Notes: generated by a model from the letters alone, not told the origin. 64,000 nt of DNA from Malacoraja senta (GCA_038087875.1 CM075989.1:22260001-22324000), one strand, 5' to 3'; counted from the stretch's first letter, positions 23,748 through 36,710 are shown. Numbers and translations are program-made.

Positions 23748-23948
23748 ATGTGTAGGAGGGAACTGCAGATGCTGGTTTACACCCAAGATAGATGCTGGAG
23801 TAACTCAGCGGGTCAGGCAGCATCTCTGGATAGAAGGAATGGGTGATGTTTCGGGCCGGGACTGAAGGAGGATCTTGTCCCGAAACGTCACCCATTCCTT
23901 CTCTCCAGACATGCTGCCTGACCCGCTGAGTTACTCCAGCATTTTGTG
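23748..23948. mobile_element. Inverted PLE unit pair
   Basis: Antisense then sense unit. Confidence 0.75.
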
Positions 23949-24477
23949 GGTATGAGCGTTCGACTTGCGCGGATAAGAAAGGTTTCGAGGGATATGGGTC
24001 AATTACAGTCAAATGGGACAAGCTTACAGGAGACGGGCATCTTGGTCAGCACGGATGAGGTGGGGAGTTTCCACGCTGTAAATGACTATGACTCTATCAA
24101 ATTATTTTAATACATCCTCAACAAGCATAAATTATATCACCAATATTCACTAATCCACCTTGGATGAGAATCTTAAGAGAATCAGACATAAATGCTCATA
24201 AAGATAAGTTATCTTTCCAATTACATAGAAGGTGAAGTTGTTGAGACTCTGCCAAATGAGATCACCAGAATGAAAGGGGAAACAATGACTTCACTCACTC
24301 TGCTCCCATATGGGTGATCGAACAAAATCTGATAAATGGTTTCAAATTAGCAGGAATTCTCCGAGCAGTTCTCAACGCAGAGGAACTGTGGTTTCTATGG
24401 ATTCTAATTTGTGGCTGTAATTTATGAACACAGCAAAATATCAGTAAATGTGTACCGAACTTATCTGGAGATTGGAC

Positions 24478-24660
24478 AGACACAAAGTGCTAGAGTAACT
24501 TAGCAGGTCAGGCTGCGAATCTGGAAGAAATGGGTGACGTTTCGGGGTCGGGACCCTTCTTCAGACGGAAGATTGGAGAAGGGCCTGAAAATTAATCCAT
24601 CCATTTTCCAGGTGATGCTGCCTGACCTGCTGAGTTACTCCAGCACTTTGTGTCCTTTCT
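24478..24660. mobile_element. Inverted PLE unit pair
   Basis: Antisense then sense unit. Confidence 0.7.
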
Positions 24661-24678
24661 TTCATTTGACAGTACCTA

Positions 24679-25140
24679 TATAATAATAATAATAATGAAT
24701 TTTATTTACGGGCGCCTTATACCGAGGTCTCAAGGACACCTTACAGAGATTTATAGGAAACATATAATCAGAATTTTAAAAAATAAGTTAAAAAAATAAG
24801 TTATAAAGACCAATACACAAATCAGGGACAGAATTCCTTCCAAAAACACAAAAAAGAAAATCAGAAGCACAATTTGAGGAGAGAGCAGCGGCAACGAAAC
24901 CGCGCCAGCGTCCACTCTCCCCTCCGACCGCCATCTTGAACACAAACTAACAAATACAATTACAAACAATTACATACATAAATCATCCCCCCACAGTGAT
25001 TTCCACTGTGGGGGAAGGCAAAATGTCCAGTCCCCAGCCCCAGTTCACCCAAAAAAGTCAGGCCAAATGAGGCCCCCGCTATTGCCTCTACGGAGGCCCG
25101 ATGATCCTGGCCGTTCTCCCCCCCCCCCCCCCCGTGCCGG
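24679..25140 (-). mobile_element. Retroposon 3' region with L2-type tail
   Basis: Minus strand ends TGTAAGGTGTCCTTGAG...AAGGCGCCCGTAAATAAAATTC(ATT)n, typical of L2-clade tails. Confidence 0.55.
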
Positions 25141-25827
25141 CACATGTATAGTCATGTATAGCTTCATGCTGGTAAATCGTTCCCAGTTTTATTAATAGTG
25201 GGACGTTTACGTACATTGCACATTTGTGTGAAAGGAAAAAGAGAATTAGTGAATGGAGTTTCTGCAATGATACATTGAAAATCTCGAGCAAACAACACAT
25301 AATATTACAATAACAAACGATCATTGATTTATCAATAAATTATATTCAATAGTAAATTAAATTGCTATTAGAATTAGAGACAAGGAACTGCAGATGCCAA
25401 TTTACAAAAAAAAATCACGCAAAGTACTGGAGTAACTACTCAACAGTCAGGCAGTATCTCCAGAAGACTTGGATAAGTGACGTTTCGGGTCGGGGACCTT
25501 TCTTTAGCCTAATTGTGCATCCTCTGACAAATTAAGATGAAAATCAAATCCAGCCAATCAGATAGAAAGCAAAGAGTAGACATTTGTTCTACATGGCATA
25601 CAGTAAGCATTCAATGTTACAGACGATAGAAGAAATTGCAGATGCTGGAACTTTGAGCCAAAAAAACAAAGTGCTGGAGGAACTCAGCAGATCAGACAGC
25701 ATTTGTAGAAGGTGATGTTTTGTGTCAGGACCCTTCTTCAGACTGACCGAAACCTGATGGTGTGGGACTTCAGCCTTCCTCCTGATGGTAGCAGCAAGAA
25801 GAGGGCATGGCCTGGCTATTTGACCAG

Positions 25828-26240
25828 TTCAGAAGTGATAGGAGCAGAATCAGGCCATTTGGCCCATCGATGGGCCAAATGGCCTGAGTCTGCTCCTATC
25901 ACTTACTCTGCCATTCAATCATGGCTGATCTATTTTTCCTTCTCAACCCCATTCTCCTGCCTTCTCCCCATAACCCCTGACACTGTTACTAATCAAGAAT
26001 CCGTTAATCTCCACTTTAAAAATACCCATTGACTTGGCCTCCACAGCCGTCTATGGCAATGAATTCCACAGATTCACCAACCCCTGACTAAAGAAATTCC
26101 TCCTCATCTCCTTTCTAAATGTACGTCTTTTTATTCTAAGGCTATGGCCTCTGGTCCTAGACTCTCCCACTGGTGGAAACATCCTCTCCACATCCAGTCT
26201 ATCCAGACCTTTCACTATTCAGTAAATATCAATGAGGTCC
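25828..26240 (-). mobile_element. CR1 3' fragment (family B) with fold-back duplication of the tail
   Basis: ORF2 end remnant plus tail; palindrome at 25833-25904. Confidence 0.8.
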
Positions 26241-26778
26241 CACATCAACCTACTCAACAACCACCAATAATTCAGGCCAACTGTAGTGGTGTTGGAGGCA
26301 AATTTATAGATGGCAATGGAGCTCTGCTTAGACACACGGTCGTGGGTGTAAAGAGTATAATGTGGTGTAGCGGAATGGTAACAGATTCACCTGAGTGCTA
26401 GCAGTTCCGTAAAGTGGTACTTGAGTGTTATTAATAAATCTAAAGCTCAATTCAATGTGGCAGCACAATTTGAATTTATATTTGACTTGCAAATGCTCAA
26501 ATTTAGCTTCCTTCTTTAATATATCGAAGATTAAAAGTAAATTTTTACCTCTAACGAAATGAATCTCAAGAAGCACATATAAGGCGCATATATATATATG
26601 GGGTAAGTGTAATGACAAATGGATGCTTAATCTCCCTTGGATTTACCATAAGAATGAAGGATCATCTTCCTAGCCTCAGTATAAGCCTAATTCAAAAGAG
26701 AATTGAATCCGGAAACTCTCCATTTATTTTTGGGCACTTTAACCAAGTCATTATCACTCTCCCAGATGATAATTAAGA

Positions 26779-27400
26779 TCATAGAACTGTACAACACAGG
26801 AACAGGCCCTTCGGCCCACAATGTTGGTGTCGAACATTATGAACAACTTCTCTTTTGAGAAGCAAGGAGAGGGAAGAATTACATTTCATGTTTCTCTTCA
26901 CTCTTTACAATGCCGTGTATGACAGCGATCGCAACTTCTACTGAAGTGTGGACGGCCGTTGGCTCGCTAGAAGCACATCCGCCCTTTGACAGGTCTTGTT
27001 TTTGGTCCTGCTGGGGGTCCACAGCCCCCTCCTCACCTGGCAAACCAGGTGGGGGAGACGGTTTAGTCGCCGACTATCTGACCATGGAGCAGGTAGCACG
27101 GGATTACATGGTACCCGTGGTGGGGGGAACTCCCCCCGACCTGATCTGACCTGACCTGTCAAACATGACGCCAAGTTAAACTGGTCTCATCTGCCTGTAC
27201 ATGATGTATGTCCCTCTATTTCCTTCACTTCCATGTGTCTGTATAAAAGCCTCTTAAACCCCATCATCATATCTGCCTCCACCACCACCACCACTGGCAA
27301 TGCGGTCCAGGCACCCACTTATTTCTGTGCAGAAAGTTTGCCCCGCACATCTCCATTAAACTTTCCCCATCTCGCTCTATATTCTCCAGTGTTGGACATT
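26779..27400 (-). mobile_element. CR1 3' fragment split by an insertion
   Basis: Tail at 26779-26837, body resumes at 27157. Confidence 0.7.
26838..27156. mobile_element. Unclassified 319-bp structured retroposon-like insert
   Basis: TSD TGTCRAACAT (26828-26837 / 27157-27166); (CTGAC)n end; five consecutive hairpins. Confidence 0.6.
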
Positions 27401-27414
27401 TTCACTCAGGAGAA

Positions 27415-27990
27415 AAGACGGGAAGAAACTGCAGAGCGTTATGGAAGCAGCCTAGAACATCATGCAAACCAATCTCCTTCACATTGACTCCATCTACACT
27501 TCACGCTGCATCGACAAGACCATCAGCATAATCAAGGACCAGTCTCACTCCCTCTTCTCCCCTCTCCCATTAGGCAAGAAGTACAGAAGTTTGAAAACGC
27601 ACACCTCCAGATTCAGGGACAGTTTATTTCTAGCTCTTTCTTCCCAAAAACCCCATTCTGGTTTAAGTCCTCCCTCCACCACCTCCAGTTTAAATTCCAT
27701 TTGGAATATTTTGGAGGACCAAGAAACCAAGAACCAAGAACCAGCTGTTATCAGGCAACTGAATGGTCCTCTCATCAGCTGGAGTGTTATCCTGACCTCC
27801 CGTCTACCTCATTGGAGACCTTTGAACTATCTTGAATCAGACTTTATTGGACTTCAATGTTATATTTTGCACTGAATGTTCTTTATGTGTGTATTGTGGC
27901 TTGCTTACTTGTAATCATGTATAGTATTTTCTTTGGCTGGATATCACGAAGCTTTTCACTGTACCTCGTTACACATGAGAATAAAGAATT
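27415..27990 (+). mobile_element. Rex1/Babar 3' fragment
   Basis: IDSIYTSRCIDKTISIIKDQSHSLFSPLPLGKKYRSLKTHTSRFRDS then 3' UTR; small nested insert at about 27630-27740 ending (CCAAGAA)n. Confidence 0.8.
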
Positions 27991-28256
27991 ACACTAAACT
28001 AACTTGTAATTAAGGGGAGGACTAGTGTGCCCATCATTGTTACCAGTACTGAGCTGGAAAGAGACAAGTGCAGCAGGTAGATTGGGCGGGATGAGCACAG
28101 ATGATATTTTTAACTCCATTTAGCCATCTGCCATTTTAGGATTTGAACTCATCTGTGGATTATTAGTTCAATCGGCAAGACTACAAATCCATCAGGTTAT
28201 CCACCGTCATCATTCCCATTAATATAATTATTGAACAGGTGTCATGTTAGATGTCT

Positions 28257-28598
28257 GGGTGGCACGGTGGCACAGTGGTAGAGTTGCTGCCTTACAGCGC
28301 CTGCAGCGTCGGAGACCCGGGTTTGATCCTGACTTCAGGCGCTGCCTCTACGAAGTTCTCCCCGTGACCGCGTGGGTTTTCATCGAGATCTTCAGCTTCC
28401 TCCCACACTCCAAAGACGTACAGGTATGTAGGTTAATTGCCTTGGGTTTTTATACTTTGTATAAGTGTAAATTGTCCCTAGTGTGTGTAGGCTTGCGTTA
28501 ATGTGCGGGGATCGCTGGTCGGCGCGGACTCGGTGGGTTGAATGGCCTGTTTCCGTACTGTATCTCTAAACTAAATTAAACTAAACTAAACTAAACTA
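28257..28598 (+). mobile_element. V-SINE (HE1-like)
   Basis: Full copy with (CTAAA)n tail. Confidence 0.85.
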
Positions 28599-29319
28599 GT
28601 CAATAAAGTGAAATACAAGTTATTTGGGCATTAATAACCGGCACATCCAATAGTCCAGACAATCTGCTCATCAGACACTGACAACATCTTAAGGACATCA
28701 GAAGATCGGAGAATTGCAGTTTGCAGAAGTATTCTAACTTGGCAGTGTGCTTTCTTGAGTTGAAGTGAGATTATTTCTCCGCATCCCTTGGCATGGCATC
28801 ACTAATTGATGCTCCTTGAGAATTACAATGTGCGATTTAACTGGAACCAGCTCTTGTCACTTGAGGACCAGCACTAATGACAATGGCATTTTATTGCAGT
28901 CAAAACAATGTGAAAGCGGCTGATAGAATGAGGATTGATGCTTCAATTTCCATCAGCTGGAAGGCTGAAGCATGGCCACTTCTAATTCCAGTTGCTATTG
29001 ACTCGGTAACTAAAAGAATGAAAATAGGTTCCAACAATAAATTGATCTGGATTAACATCATAAGATATAAGGAAATTAAATCAAGAGGATTAATGCAAGT
29101 TCTTGCCCTTCCACAGAGGGAGTGTATAGATTTTAAGCCAGAATGGGTTAACGGCAGTTGTGTGTTAATTTCCTACATGTTAAAAGGGCCAGAAATCCAG
29201 GTGATTTTGACTTCCGAACATTATTTAAATGCCAAAGGTTAACTTCCCATCTGATGGGTGTGAAGAAAATACGGACTGGGACTTTGTGTGGTGTGACAGA
29301 ACAGACTTTGATTGCTGAT

Positions 29320-29490
29320 GCAAGGAACTGCAGATGCTGGTTCACGAAAAAAAAAACCCACAATGTGCTGGAGTAACTCAGCGGGTCAGAAAGCATCTCT
29401 GGAAAAAATAGATAGGTGACATTGCAGGTCAGGAGCTTCAGACTATAAATGGATAGATTATATTTTGGGTTGGGATTCTTTTACAGACTG
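29320..29490 (-). mobile_element. PLE pseudo-LTR units
   Basis: CAAGGAACTGCAGATGCTGG...GCTGGAGTAACTCAGCGGGTCAG. Confidence 0.65.
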
Positions 29491-29715
29491 ACCTGGATAG
29501 GTGAAAGGTAAGTCCTATCATGAGGAAGGTTTCTGGGAGGCTCTTGCCAGAGGGATGATAGGGAGATTGCAGGAACGAGAGTTAGGAGGGTTTAATTTTC
29601 ATCAACGGAACAACAAAATTCTTACTTGCTGCAGCTTAAGAGGCCTGGAAATGCAACAACACATAGGTAAATATTTCAATGGTTCAATGGTTCTTCATTG
29701 TCTCATGTACTGACG

Positions 29716-30082
29716 TATACGATTGTTAAGGGCTTGGACACACTAGAGGCAGGAAACATGTTCCCGATGTTGGGGGAGTCCAGAACCAGGAGCCACAGTT
29801 TAAGAATAAGGAGTAAGCCATTTAGAATGGAGACGAGGAAACACTTTTTCTCACAGAGAGTGGTGAGTCTGTGGAATTCTCTGCCTCAGAGGGCGGTGGA
29901 GGCAGGTTCTTTGGATGCTTTCAAGAGAGAGCTAGATAGCGCTCTTAAAGATAGCAGAGTCAGGGGATATGGGGAAAAGACAGGAACGGGGTACTGATTG
30001 GGGATGATCAGCCATGATCACATTGAATGGCGGTGCTGGCTCGAAGGGCCAAATGGCCTGCTCCTGCACCTATTGTCTATTG
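29716..30082 (+). mobile_element. CR1 3' fragment (family C, young)
   Basis: KGLDTLEAGNMFPMLGESRTR...GYGEKTGTGY*, nearly identical to 20261-20620 and 58829-59028. Confidence 0.9.
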
Positions 30083-30231
30083 TATAGTGAAATTCTTCTT
30101 TTGCGTACAGTTCATTAAAGTATTGCCATTCCTAAGCACAATTGCCGATTAGTAAAAAAGTGCTTAGAAATAGTCCACTGAGATCGCATGCAAGAGTCTC
30201 CAGGTTTTGGCGTCATTTTTAATGTCCATTT

Positions 30232-30491
30232 CGGTCCCCGCGCTCAGGCTCAGACACCCGGGTTTGTACATAAGCACCAGAGAACCTGGTTCGATCCTGG
30301 CTACGGGTGCTGTCTGTACAGAGTTTGTATGTTCTCCCTGTGACCACGTGGGTTTTCTCCGGGTGCTCTGGTTTCCTCCAGCACTCCAAAGACGTACAGG
30401 TTTGTAGGTTAATTGGTGTTGATAAAATTGTGAATTGTCCTTCGTGCATAGGTTATTGCTAGCGTGCGGGGATCGCTGGTCGGCGCGGACT
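30232..30491 (+). mobile_element. V-SINE, partial
   Basis: B box and V-domain present. Confidence 0.75.
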
Positions 30492-30880
30492 TCCACTTCC
30501 ATCCAGTTTCTCCAGAGATGTTGCCTGACCAACTGAGTTACTCCAGCACTTGGTGTTTTTCATAAAACCTTTATTTTTAATTTTGTCACTAGAACATTAA
30601 TCCACTTCCGAAATCATCTGCTTATGACAGAAACTGACATTAATTCACGATAATATTATCACCATGTTCTCGAAAGCTCTTGGACATTCTGTTGTTACAA
30701 AGTCATACCACACTGTCAAACCGGAAAACAAAATAAATCTCATTGATTCAGTAATTGCTGCTCTTTAAGTAGACGAACGAGGCACATTTCTGGAGAATTC
30801 TAAAGGAAGCTTTATCTGCAAGGAATATTTCAACCTGACATTGAGGCAATGGACAATTTTAGCTCCTTTGACTTTTACAT

Positions 30881-31073
30881 TTTAGACTTTAGAGATACAG
30901 CACGGAAAGAGGCCCTTCAGCCCATCGAGTCCACACCGACCAGCGATAACCCTGCACACTAGGGACAATTTACAATTTTTAATTTGAAATTTACCTACAA
31001 ACTTGTACGTCTTTTGGAGTGGGGGAGGAAAGAGGAGAACCCGGAGAAAACCCACAGAGTAAACGTGCAAACT
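30881..31073 (-). mobile_element. V-SINE, partial
   Basis: Tail and V-domain. Confidence 0.75.
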
Positions 31074-31249
31074 CAGGCAGAATCTGTGAATGAAAATGGA
31101 CAGATGAGGTTTCAGGTCAGGACCAGGCGAAACATCGTCTGTCTGTTTCTCACCACAAATGCTGCTCGATCCGCCGAGTTTCTGCAGAAGTTTGCTTCTT
31201 GCAATAGTTTACCGATGTCTCGGTTGGGTTCAGATTGAACTCGCAGACA

Positions 31250-31440
31250 TCCTCGACGTTCGGTGGCATTCAAAAGAGAGTTAGATAGAGCTCTTGGGGC
31301 CAGCGGAGTTGGGGGATATGTGGAGAAGGCAGGAACAGGGTACTGATTATGGATGATCAGCCGTGGTCACATTGAATGGCGGTACTGGCTCGAAGGGCCG
31401 AATGGCCTACTCCTGCACCTATTGTCTATGTATCTATGTA
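31250..31440 (+). mobile_element. CR1 3' tail (family C)
   Basis: GGCTCGAAGGGCCGAATGGCCTACTCCTGCACCTATTGTCTAT. Confidence 0.8.
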
Positions 31441-32107
31441 TTTAAGGTATGATTTCTGCTTCCTTCCTCCCACAGTACAATCAGTATTTAGTGGTTGTTA
31501 TGTATCACCAAGAAGCAGTCATGAACAGCACGAAAGAATTACCTTATTATCATCAACTACATTTGAATCACATTCAATCCTCATATGATTGCACTTTAGA
31601 ACGTTAAATTAACATCATTTATCAAGATTTATTTTAACCTACTTGTAAAGATGGAATTGTCACTGAATGTATTCAGACACAGTTCTTCAACCACTGTTTA
31701 AAGAAGGTTTCTAGCAATCTATTTTATACAGGTTAATGTCTCTTTGGAGTTCAGACAGCAGATTGTTATCAGGGTACATTAAAAATTCCCATGCTGATTT
31801 TGCCAGCAGCTAAATTTATCTTATTGTCACCTGATCCTTAGGAACAATGATTCAACTTCAAATCTTTATTTTTAAAGGGCACCAAACTACATTCAGATCT
31901 CACTCATGGGTCAAAACCTGTTACAACGAAGCTGACCTCACATTCAAAGCAATGGGCTGCAATGGATTAGTTACTCATGCATTTGTCACTTTCAGGGAAG
32001 AAGCATTGAGATAGTTGATAAGAAAACACTCCTATGCCTGGGAATCTCTCATACGTTGATGTGTAAAGCATAAGAAACACTGACAAAAAAAATTAAGAAC
32101 TCTGCAG

Positions 32108-32420
32108 CGGGGGTATGGAACAAGCTGCAAGAGAAGGTAGTTGAGGCAGGGCCTATCCCAACATTCAAGAAACAGTTAGACAGGTACATGGGTAGACACA
32201 AAATTCTGGAGTAACTCAGCAGGACAGGCAGCATCTCTGGAGGGAAGGAATGGGTGACGTTTCGTGTCGAGACCCTTCTTCAGACTGACATGGATTGGAC
32301 AAGTTTGGTGGGACATTGACTAAACGCAGGCAGGTGGGACTCATGTAGCTGGGACATGTTGGCCGGTGTGAGCAAGTTGGGCCGAAGGGCCTGTTTCCAC
32401 ACTGTATCACTCTGTCACTC
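32108..32420 (+). mobile_element. CR1 3' fragment (family A) with nested PLE unit (32192-32287)
   Basis: ACATGG duplicated around the PLE unit (32186-32191, 32288-32293). Confidence 0.8.
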
Positions 32421-32989
32421 TAGTCATAGAATCATGTAGCAAGGACATGGGCCCTTTGGCTCAACTTGCCCACACTGATGAATATGTCCCATCTACACTA
32501 GTCCTACCTGTCTGTGTTTAGTCCATCTCCTTTGAAACCTGTCCTATCCATGTACATTTCTTTTTTTGTGTTCCTTCGATTTTCCAGCATCTCCAGTTCA
32601 TTCTTAAACACAATCCATGTACATGTTGATTTAAATATATAAAATAAATACATAGTACTATTTAAAAACACATGAATAAACTAAACATTTTATTAATTAG
32701 TTGTTAATTAATTAAAAACACCAAAATAAATTGAAAATAAAGAAAAACTTTGTTAAACGTACCTTTCTACTGAAAGTCAAATGAAAAGGTCCTTGCCAGA
32801 TGTGCCAGCTATGGTTGAGAGCCCAGATGTGAGAGATGTCCAATTCATCAGCTCATTTTTTATAGATCACTATGAACTTTATAGTGAACTTTAAGATGAC
32901 TCCTGGCCATTCTCTACAGAACTGTAGCCAAAAATGATCCGATCCAATCAAAGACAGAAAATATTCTAAATTCCTTCAATGAAGTTGAA

Positions 32990-33372
32990 AATATCCATTG
33001 ACTTGGCCACAACCGTCTGTGCCCATGAATTCCACAGATTCACCTCCCACTGACTAAAGAAATTCCTCCTGATCTTGTTTCTAAAGGTACATTCTTTTAT
33101 TCAGAGGCTTTGGCCTCTGGTCCTAGACTCTCCCACTGATGGAAACATCCTCTCCACATCCACTCTATCCAGGCCTTTCAGAATTTGGTAAGTTTCAATG
33201 AGGTCCCCCCTCATTCTTCTAAACTTCAGTGAGCACAGGCCCAGTGCCGTCAAACGCGCATCACATGTTAACCCAGTCATCCCTGTGATCATTTTCGTAT
33301 ACCTCCTCTGGACTGTCTCCAATGCCAGCATGTCCTTCCTCAGATATGGGGCCCAAAACTGCTCACAATACT
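32990..33372 (-). mobile_element. CR1 ORF2 fragment
   Basis: YCEQFWAPYLRKDMLALETVQRRYTKMITG...GESRTRG. Confidence 0.85.
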
Positions 33373-33391
33373 TGAGCAGTTTTAATCTGGA

Positions 33392-33602
33392 GACACAATA
33401 TACTGCAGATGCTGGAATCTTGAACAAAATACAAAGTGTTGGTGGACCTTGAGTGTCAGGCAGCATCCGTAGAAGGAATAGACAGACAACATTTCGAGTA
33501 GGGGCTCTTCTTTAGGATGAAGAAAGGTCCCGACCCGAAATGTCGTCTGTCCATTCCCACCGCAGATGATGGCTGATCCGCTGAGATCCTCCAGCACTTT
33601 GT
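33392..33602. mobile_element. Inverted PLE unit pair with 13-bp TSD
   Basis: GTTTTAATCTGGA at 33379-33391 and 33603-33615. Confidence 0.75.
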
Positions 33603-34658
33603 GTTTTAATCTGGAATGCATTTCCACCTTTCTCTATCTCCCATCCCCTCTTCTTGATTAGGACGGGTGTCAGGGGTTACCGGGAGAATGGCATTGGGAG
33701 GGAGAGATAGATCAGCCACGATGGAATGGCAGAGTAGACTCGATGGGCCGAATGGCCTAATTCTGCTCCTGCCACGTGTGAACTTATGGACTTCATCTGT
33801 GTGCCTGCACAATGATGAACCGTCTCCGGAACCGGAGGCAGCTTCATGCACAATCAAAGGCCTCCCCCTGATTGCTCATAAGTTGTCTCAGAACCTATTT
33901 CAGAAAATCCTTAACAGCAATCAATATGTGAAATAGACCTTTGGATAAAGCTCTCAAATTATTCCAGAAACAATTGGATGGATGAAATCAGATGAGCCAA
34001 AGGCCTCTACCATCTGTAATTATCTTGTTTCCTTGTGACCTAAACATGCACAATTCCAGGACAACATTAGAAGTGATCATTATTCACTACAGATCAAAAC
34101 AGAGTGTCTTCTACAACAGATACCTTTTTGTTTCACTTCTGCGTGAATATCTACACCCCTGCTTATTTCCCTTTTGATTTATTGAGATAACCAAAATAAT
34201 CTTTAATATTGTAAGTTTTAAATGAGAGTGCATTGTTCCTTCTTGTTTGGGAACTCACATTAAGCCTCCAAATTATTCTCACACATGTGCTTTCAATTTT
34301 TAAATTATGGTGCGTATAAATCTATTGGGGAAACCAACACTTAATAAAACACTATTACACATTAAAGCAAGGTGCAAAAACATGATTCTTACAGTTTTAT
34401 AACGTCCAAGATGTGGTTCAATATAACTTAATTTGAATTTGAAAAAATTAATTTCTGATGGAGCTGTGTGTTTATTGTTGTAATATTCCTTCTACACAGC
34501 CGTAAGAACGGCAAAGTTATTAGTCATTTAATACCACTCTAAATACTTTTATGGTTACAAATTTGGAATTGCTAAATGGTTGTTACTGGGTTGTTTTGAA
34601 TTTTCTTATTGAGAAAATAACCCCAGACTTCGATAGAAACAGTAACTGATCTTTTCGT

Positions 34659-35010
34659 AGAGTCATAGAGCGATACAGCGTGGAAACAGGCCTTTCGGCC
34701 CAACTTGCCCACACCGACCAACTTGCCCCATCTGCACTAGTCCCACTTGCCTGCATTTGGCCCATATCCCTCAAAGCATGTCCTATCCTTATACCTGTCT
34801 AATTGCATCTCAAATGTTGCGATGGTCACTACCTTCTCTGGCAGCTCGTTCCATACACCCACCACATTTTGTGTGGGAAAAGTTACCCCTCAAATTCCTT
34901 TAAAATCTTTTCCCCTTCATCTTAAACCTATGCCCTCTGGTTCTCGATTCCCCCACTCATGTCAAGAGACTCTGCGTCCAACCAATCTATTCCTCTCATG
35001 ATTTTATACA
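34659..35010 (-). mobile_element. CR1 3' fragment (family A)
   Basis: Reverse complement of a sequence like 4845-5160. Confidence 0.8.
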
Positions 35011-35091
35011 CCAGATAGATTGAAATGTCTTGAGAATATCTAGATCTGGAACCCCCTTTCCTCACGCATGCACCAGTATCTGAATTGACAT

Positions 35092-35250
35092 TGTGTAGGC
35101 AGGAACTGCAAATGCTGTTTTAAATCAAAGATAGACACAAAATGCTGGAGTAACTCAGCGGGACAGGCAGCACCTCTGGGTCTGAAGAAGGGTCTCGACC
35201 CCAAAGGTCACCCATTCCTTCTCTCCAGAGATGCTGCCTGTCCCGCTGAA
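35092..35250. mobile_element. Inverted PLE unit pair
   Basis: Antisense then sense unit. Confidence 0.75.
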
Positions 35251-35982
35251 TTTACATTTTTGAGGGCTCATCGTGAGTTTACCAGTGCAGCAGGTAGAGC
35301 TGCTGCCTTACATCTCCAGCAACCTGTGTTCGATATTGTCATCCTGTGCTGTTTGTGTCGACTGTACATTTCACCCTGAGACCATGTTGGCTTCCTCCAG
35401 GTGATCCAGTTCCCTCCTACATTTTATAAGTAATTTGACATTGCCCATTGTCCTTAGTGTGGGACATTGACGGTAAACCAGGGAGAATAAAGTTTAGATT
35501 TAGATTTGTTATTGTCACCTGTATTGAGGTACAGTGAAAAGCTTTGTTTTGCTTGCTATCAAATCAAATCAGATAATACGATCAAACCAACTCAGTACAA
35601 CAAATAGTGAGAAGATAAAGATACAGGGTGCAGAATATAGTTCTGGCATTAGTGCAGGGTTCATGTAAATGGGTTCTTCATGGTTGGTAAAGACGTGATG
35701 GGCCCAAGACTATGTTTCTGTACTCTATGATTCTATTTTGTAAGATGGTCTTTTGTTATATTACATATTATTTGACTTTACTAAATGAACATAAAGTATT
35801 TTGGGGGGCACAATGGTGGTTGAAAATGGGGAATGAAAGAGTTAAGGAATCAGTGACTTAAGTTTCCTTCCGAGTGTGATGCGAGCTTGGTCCAGTGTTA
35901 CATTGGCCAAAGCTCTCATTATCCATATAAGTGTCTTAGAGGCCAAGAGGCCACTCATTGCTGGATTATCAGCATTCTTAAC

Positions 35983-36343
35983 CTCTCTCTCTCTTTCTCT
36001 CTCTCTCTCTTTCTCCACATCCCTCTTAACCTTCTCTCTCTCCACATCCCTCTTAACCTCTCTCTCCATAACCCTCTCTCTCTCTCTCTCTCTCTCCCTC
36101 TCCATCCCTCTCCCTCTCACCCTTTCTATCCTTCTCTCTCCCTCCCTCCCCAATCTCCCTCCCCATCTCCCTCCCCCACGCCCTACCCATCCCCCTCGCA
36201 CCCTCCCTCTCCCTCTACCTCTCATCCTCCCTCTCTCCCTCTCTCTCTTTCTCTATCCCTCTCCCTCTCCCTCTCCCTCTCTCTTTCTCTCCACGTCCCT
36301 CTGAACCTCTCTCTCCACAACCTTCTCCCTCTCTCTCTCTCTC
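35983..36343. repeat. Polypyrimidine (CT-rich) low-complexity tract
   Basis: About 360 bp of (CT)n/CTCCCT with repeated CTCCACATCCCTCTTAACCT motifs. Confidence 0.9.
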
Positions 36344-36710
36344 TGGATTCTGAACTATGGACATTTTCCTTTGCTTTGTACACGGGGCCAAAACATGTCG
36401 ACTGTTGATTTGTGGGTTGTGCAAAAGAATCTCGCTGTGCTCTGCATATGTGACAATAAAGGGCGGTTGAACCTTTGAGGCAGGTTGGAAAATTGGGACT
36501 GCGCCCTGGCGTATGGAGGGACCATTCACAAGTTAGATAACAGACGGGAAGAAGCTGTTCCTACGTCTGGTAATAAAGATAAAAAGACAATAAATTAGAT
36601 GAGACAATAAAGATAATAATGTGAGATGGGAAGTGATGCAATTTGCCAGAAGGAATAAGGAGGTATTGGAGATTAAATCACACAAGAGTACTAGAGTATA
36701 GTTTTGAAGG

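Noticed and set aside
32763..32920. Possible minus-strand exon (AG/GTACGT donor)
   Set aside because: No convincing open frame or recognisable peptide; splice signals alone are insufficient.
35842..36529. Arg/Glu- and Ser/Leu-rich ORFs
   Set aside because: Translations of the CT-rich low-complexity tract.
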